Assembly: GCF_000025125.1 (NCBI RefSeq) | Contig: NC_013771.1 | Span: 690,001 to 722,000 of the forward strand | DNA: 32,000 nucleotides | Direction: 5' to 3' | Origin: Candidatus Atelocyanobacterium thalassa isolate ALOHA | GTDB lineage: Bacteria > Cyanobacteriota > Cyanobacteriia > Cyanobacteriales > Microcystaceae | Part shown: positions 28,308 through 32,000 of the stretch, one piece after another | Numbering within the stretch: position 1 is the first letter of the stretch | Layout of the letters: each line of letters starts with the position of its first letter | Notes under the pieces: model-generated | Told to the model about the DNA's origin: nothing | Databases searched by the model: none | Seen by the model: only the letters and a program-made list of their open reading frames with translations | Program-made: the position numbers and the translations under genes

Positions 28308-28345
28308 GGATAGTAAGTAAAAAAATATTTTTTTACTTACTATCC
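28308..28345 (-). terminator. 38-nt perfect palindrome immediately downstream of the IMPDH-family gene
   Basis: GGATAGTAAGTAAAAAAATATTTTTTTACTTACTATCC is its own reverse complement (19-bp arms). It lies 13 nt past the stop codon on the - strand and is followed there by T-rich sequence. Confidence 0.6.
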
Positions 28346-28358
28346 CTATCTGTCATAT

Positions 28359-29537
28359 TTACTTACCCATGCCTAGTTGTTGGGCTTTTTGATAAACTTT
28401 TCCCTCTGTTAAGAGAGAAGGTGCAATTACTACTTCAACTTTTTGCATTTCTTTGATGTTTTGAGCGCCTAATGTACTCATACTAGTTTTTAAAGCTCCT
28501 AATAGATTATGAGTTCCATCATCTAACTTAGCAGGCCCAATTAAAACTTCTTCTATAGTCCCTGTTGTACCAACATTTATTCTTGTACCTCTTGGCAAAA
28601 CAGGAGATGGTGTAGCCATTCCCCAATGATATCCTCTACCAGGCGCTTCTACAGCACGAGCTACTGGAGAACCTATCATTACTGAATCAGCACCGCAAGC
28701 TATGCATTTACAGATATCTCCCCCAGTAATAATTCCTCCATCTGCAATGATAGGTGTATATACTCCTGTTCTCTTGTAGTACTCATCACGTGCTGCAGCA
28801 CAATCAGCAATAGCTGTAGGCTGTGGAACTCCTATCCCCAAAACGCCCCTGGAAGTACAAGCAGCTCCTGGCCCAATGCCGACTAAAATTCCTGCAGCCC
28901 CAGCCTCCATAAGCTCTAAGGCAACTTCATAAGTTACACAGTTTCCAAAGACAACTGGTATTGGCATATCTTTACAAAATTGTTGTAAGTCAAGAGAAGA
29001 AATAGATTCTGGTGTTAAGTGATTAGTTGAAACTACTGTAGCTTGAACAAACAGTAAGTCTGCTCCTGAATCAGCTACAATTTTTCCATATTTAGAAGCT
29101 CCCAAAGGAGTTAAGCTTACTGCAGCAATACTTCCAGAAGATTTAATATTTTCAATTCTTTTTTTGATTAATTCGGGTTTAATCGGTTCTGCATAAAGTT
29201 TTTGCATTAATTCTACAAACTCTGTTTTTCCTACAGAAGCGATTTTTTCAATAATTGGGGTAGTATCATCGTAACGAGTTTGAATACCTTCTAGATTTAG
29301 AACTCCTATAGCTCCAAGATCCGAAAGTAAGTTAGCCATCTTAACATCTACCACTCCATCCATAGCACTTGCAAGAATAGGTATATCTCTTTTTATGCCT
29401 CCGATACTCCAACTGGTATCTATTAGAGCAGGGTCTAAAGTACATGTGCCAGGTACAAGAGCGATTTCATTCATACCGTAAGCTCTTCTGGCTTTTTTAC
29501 CATAACCAATAATAATATCCACGTTTTTATATTCCAT
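28359..29537 (-). CDS. IMP dehydrogenase/GMP reductase-family protein lacking the CBS subdomain (GuaB-related)
   Basis: 392 aa TIM-barrel. It has the catalytic-loop-like GIGPGAACTSR, IADGGI and VMIGS. It is too short to hold the CBS pair of canonical GuaB. Confidence 0.85.
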   Translation of the reverse strand: MEYKNVDIIIGYGKKARRAYGMNEIALVPGTCTLDPALIDTSWSIGGIKRDIPILASAMDGVVDVKMANLLSDLGAIGVLNLEGIQTRYDDTTPIIEKIASVGKTEFVELMQKLYAEPIKPELIKKRIENIKSSGSIAAVSLTPLGASKYGKIVADSGADLLFVQATVVSTNHLTPESISSLDLQQFCKDMPIPVVFGNCVTYEVALELMEAGAAGILVGIGPGAACTSRGVLGIGVPQPTAIADCAAARDEYYKRTGVYTPIIADGGIITGGDICKCIACGADSVMIGSPVARAVEAPGRGYHWGMATPSPVLPRGTRINVGTTGTIEEVLIGPAKLDDGTHNLLGALKTSMSTLGAQNIKEMQKVEVVIAPSLLTEGKVYQKAQQLGMGK

Positions 29538-29908
29538 TCCCTAAGTATTAAATTAGGCTAGCAAATTTTTGGAGTTTTCGGGTATAAAAATAAAAAACTT
29601 TGCTTTAATCAGATTTACTCGGTTTAATATATCAAAATTTAATAACCTATTAAGAGGTAACATATGTCTGTCATCTTTATGTAGTTTGAAAAACTATTTA
29701 GTAAATAGTCAATATAAAATTTCTAGTATATTTTTGAACCAAAAAATTTCTTGATTCAAAAATATTGCTTATGAAAAGAGAACTACTTCTCTATATTGTT
29801 GAAGTGGAAAAAAAAATTAATTTCTAATAGCTAACTTATGTTAGCTATACTGAAATTCTGATGATATGGCACAATTTAATTAAAAATAGATAATTATTAA
29901 TATTTTAA

Positions 29909-32000
29909 ATGACTATAAACACATTTGAATTGTCAACTAAATACGATCCTAAGTTAACAGAGTCTAAATGGCAAAAAGCTTGGGAAACTCATCAAGTTTT
30001 TAAAGCTGAGGCAACAAAAAAAGAAAAAATTTTTTGCATGGTCATCCCTCCTCCTAACGTTACAGGCAGCCTTCACATGGGCCATGCATTTGAAGATTGT
30101 TTAATGGATGTATTAGTTCGCTACCACAGGATGAGCGGAAAAAACACATTATGCCTTCCTGGAACTGATCACGCTAGTATTGCGGTTCATAGTATTCTTG
30201 ATAAACAATTAAAAGAAGAAGACAAGACTCGTTATGAAATTGGTCGTGAAAATTTTCTTAAAAGGGCTTGGGAATGGAAGCAATCATCAGGAGGAAAGAT
30301 AGTATCTCAATTAAAACAAGTTGGCTTATCTGCTGATTGGTCAAGAGAACGTTTTACTTTAGATGAAGGATTATCTAAAGCAGTTAAAACTGCTTTTATA
30401 AAACTATATGAAGCAGAATTAATTTATAGAGGTAAATATCTAATTAATTGGTGTCCTGCTTCTTTATCTGCTGTATCAGACTTAGAGGTAGAGAATAGAG
30501 AAGTTAAAGGAAACTTATGGTATTTTCGATACCCTTTAAAGGATAATAGTGGCTATGTAGATGTTGCTACTACTAGGCCTGAAACTATTTTAGGTGACAC
30601 AGGAGTAGCTGTTCACCCAAATGATGAACGATATAAAAAACTAATTGGAAAAACTTTAATATTACCTATTGTAGGCCGAGAAATTTTGATAGTTGCAGAT
30701 GAATCAGTTGACTCTGATTTTGGAACTGGATCTGTAAAAATCACTCCTGCTCACGATCCTAATGACTTTGCCATAGGAACTCGTCATAATTTACCTTTTA
30801 TTAATATTCTTAATAAAGATGGCAGTTTAAATGAGAATACAGGAGAGTTTCAAGGACAAGACCGATACGAAGCTCGTAAGAATATTGTTAAAAGATTAGA
30901 GCAGGATGGCTTTTTAATTAAAGTTGAAGATCATTATCACTCTGTTCCATATAGTGATCGCGGCAAAGTTCCTATTGAACCGTTACTTTCTACTCAATGG
31001 TTTGTAAAAATCGAACCGCTTTCTAAAAAAGCACTTAAATTTCTAGACGAAGATAATTCACCTCGTTTCATTCCTCAACGATGGACAAAGGTTTATAGAG
31101 ATTGGTTAGTAAAGCTAAAAGACTGGTGTATTTCACGCCAGCTATGGTGGGGACATCAAATACCTGCATGGTATGTAATTAGCCAAACTGATGGATTAAT
31201 AACTGATGATACGCCTTTTATTGTGGCCTATGATGAAAGCGAAGCCTTGGAGAAAGCAAGAAAAGAATATGGTAATGATATCCAGCTAAAACAGGATCCT
31301 GATGTTTTAGATACTTGGTTCTCTTCAGGTTTATGGCCTTTTTCTACACTAGGTTGGCCAGAAAATACTGAAGATTTTGCAACTTATTACCCTACAAGCA
31401 CTCTTGTTACAGGATTTGATATTATTTTCTTTTGGGTAGCAAGAATGACCATGATGGCTGGATATTTTACAGATCAAATGCCTTTCAAAGATGTTTATAT
31501 CCATGGATTAGTTAGGGACGAAAATGGTAAAAAAATGTCAAAATCTTCTAATAATGGAATAGATCCATTGATTTTGATAGATAAATATGGTACTGACGCA
31601 CTCCGTTATACTCTAATCAAAGAAGTTGCAGGAGCAGGTCAAGATGTGACTTTACAGTACAACAGAAAAACAAATGAATCTGAATCTGTAGAGGCATCTA
31701 GAAACTTTGCGAATAAACTTTGGAATGCAGCGAGATTTGTCATAATGAATTTGAAGGAGGAAATTCGAGATGATATAGGAAATCTTAATACTGAATATTT
31801 GGATCTAGCTGATTATTGGATATTGTCAAGATTTCAAAAAGTAACTAAACAAACTATTAATCATATAGATAGCTATGGTTTAGGCGAGGCAGCAAAAGGA
31901 TTATATGATTTCATTTGGAGTGATTTTTGTGATTCATATATTGAATTAGTAAAATCTCGATTATCAGAAAATACAGATTCTTCTTTAGGTGCTCAACAAA
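29909..32000 (+). CDS. valS: Valyl-tRNA synthetase, N-terminal ~697 aa (the gene continues beyond the window)
   Basis: Not in the ORF track because there is no stop in the window. The reading frame from ATG 29909 is open to the end. It begins [25 protein letters not shown], has the HIGH-type motif [16 protein letters not shown] and the KMSKS motif near 31536, plus [16 protein letters not shown]. Confidence 0.95.
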   Translation, partial: MTINTFELSTKYDPKLTESKWQKAWETHQVFKAEATKKEKIFCMVIPPPNVTGSLHMGHAFEDCLMDVLVRYHRMSGKNTLCLPGTDHASIAVHSILDKQLKEEDKTRYEIGRENFLKRAWEWKQSSGGKIVSQLKQVGLSADWSRERFTLDEGLSKAVKTAFIKLYEAELIYRGKYLINWCPASLSAVSDLEVENREVKGNLWYFRYPLKDNSGYVDVATTRPETILGDTGVAVHPNDERYKKLIGKTLILPIVGREILIVADESVDSDFGTGSVKITPAHDPNDFAIGTRHNLPFINILNKDGSLNENTGEFQGQDRYEARKNIVKRLEQDGFLIKVEDHYHSVPYSDRGKVPIEPLLSTQWFVKIEPLSKKALKFLDEDNSPRFIPQRWTKVYRDWLVKLKDWCISRQLWWGHQIPAWYVISQTDGLITDDTPFIVAYDESEALEKARKEYGNDIQLKQDPDVLDTWFSSGLWPFSTLGWPENTEDFATYYPTSTLVTGFDIIFFWVARMTMMAGYFTDQMPFKDVYIHGLVRDENGKKMSKSSNNGIDPLILIDKYGTDALRYTLIKEVAGAGQDVTLQYNRKTNESESVEASRNFANKLWNAARFVIMNLKEEIRDDIGNLNTEYLDLADYWILSRFQKVTKQTINHIDSYGLGEAAKGLYDFIWSDFCDSYIELVKSRLSENTDSSLGAQQ

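Noticed and set aside
29569-29754. 61-aa + strand ORF in the divergent spacer between the IMPDH-family gene and valS
   Set aside because: It has a non-ATG start, Asn/Ile/Lys-rich low-complexity sequence and no SD. It is a chance ORF in AT-rich DNA.

Overview
This window is a cyanobacterial nitrogen-fixation (nif) island, about 1-18.5 kb, followed by housekeeping and photosystem I genes. The nif genes all lie on the + strand in the order typical of unicellular Cyanothece/Crocosphaera-type diazotrophs. That order is nifB, a decayed fdxN-like ORF, nifS, nifU, nifH, nifD, nifK, nifE, nifN, nifX, a ~600 bp non-coding gap, a DUF683/Rop-like gene, nifW, hesA, hesB, fdxH, a small Cys-rich ORF, a fused modBC molybdate transporter and fdxB. 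Downstream lie pmbA/tldE (-), a YggT/Ycf19 gene, ssb, psaF-psaJ, a COG0523 metallochaperone GTPase (-), two small conserved hypotheticals (-), coaX, an Opp/Dpp-type ABC permease (-), an IMPDH-family gene (-) and the 5' two-thirds of valS. valS runs off the window and is absent from the ORF track, as is psaJ (42 aa). The DNA is visibly AT-rich, with long, nearly pure A/T spacers. Intact nif and PSI genes alongside eroded accessory nif genes suggest a genome-reduced diazotroph of the UCYN-A (Candidatus Atelocyanobacterium) type. That assignment is inference, not proof. I found no CRISPR array, transposase, integrase, tRNA/rRNA or defence-type gene cluster, so I do not see a convincing undescribed multi-gene system. 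The points most worth a second look are these: fdxH is split by a frameshift at an A7 homopolymer while its downstream part looks intact; an fdxN-sized slot holds an ORF that has lost its first Fe-S cluster motif; the nifX-associated DUF269 gene is missing; purine/pyrimidine and GC-rich stem-loops sit between nifU, nifH, nifD and nifK; an orphan Cys-rich ORF lies inside the nif island; and unusually long perfect inverted repeats sit at several gene 3' ends. Several ORF-track starts were moved to internal starts that have better Shine-Dalgarno (SD) context.
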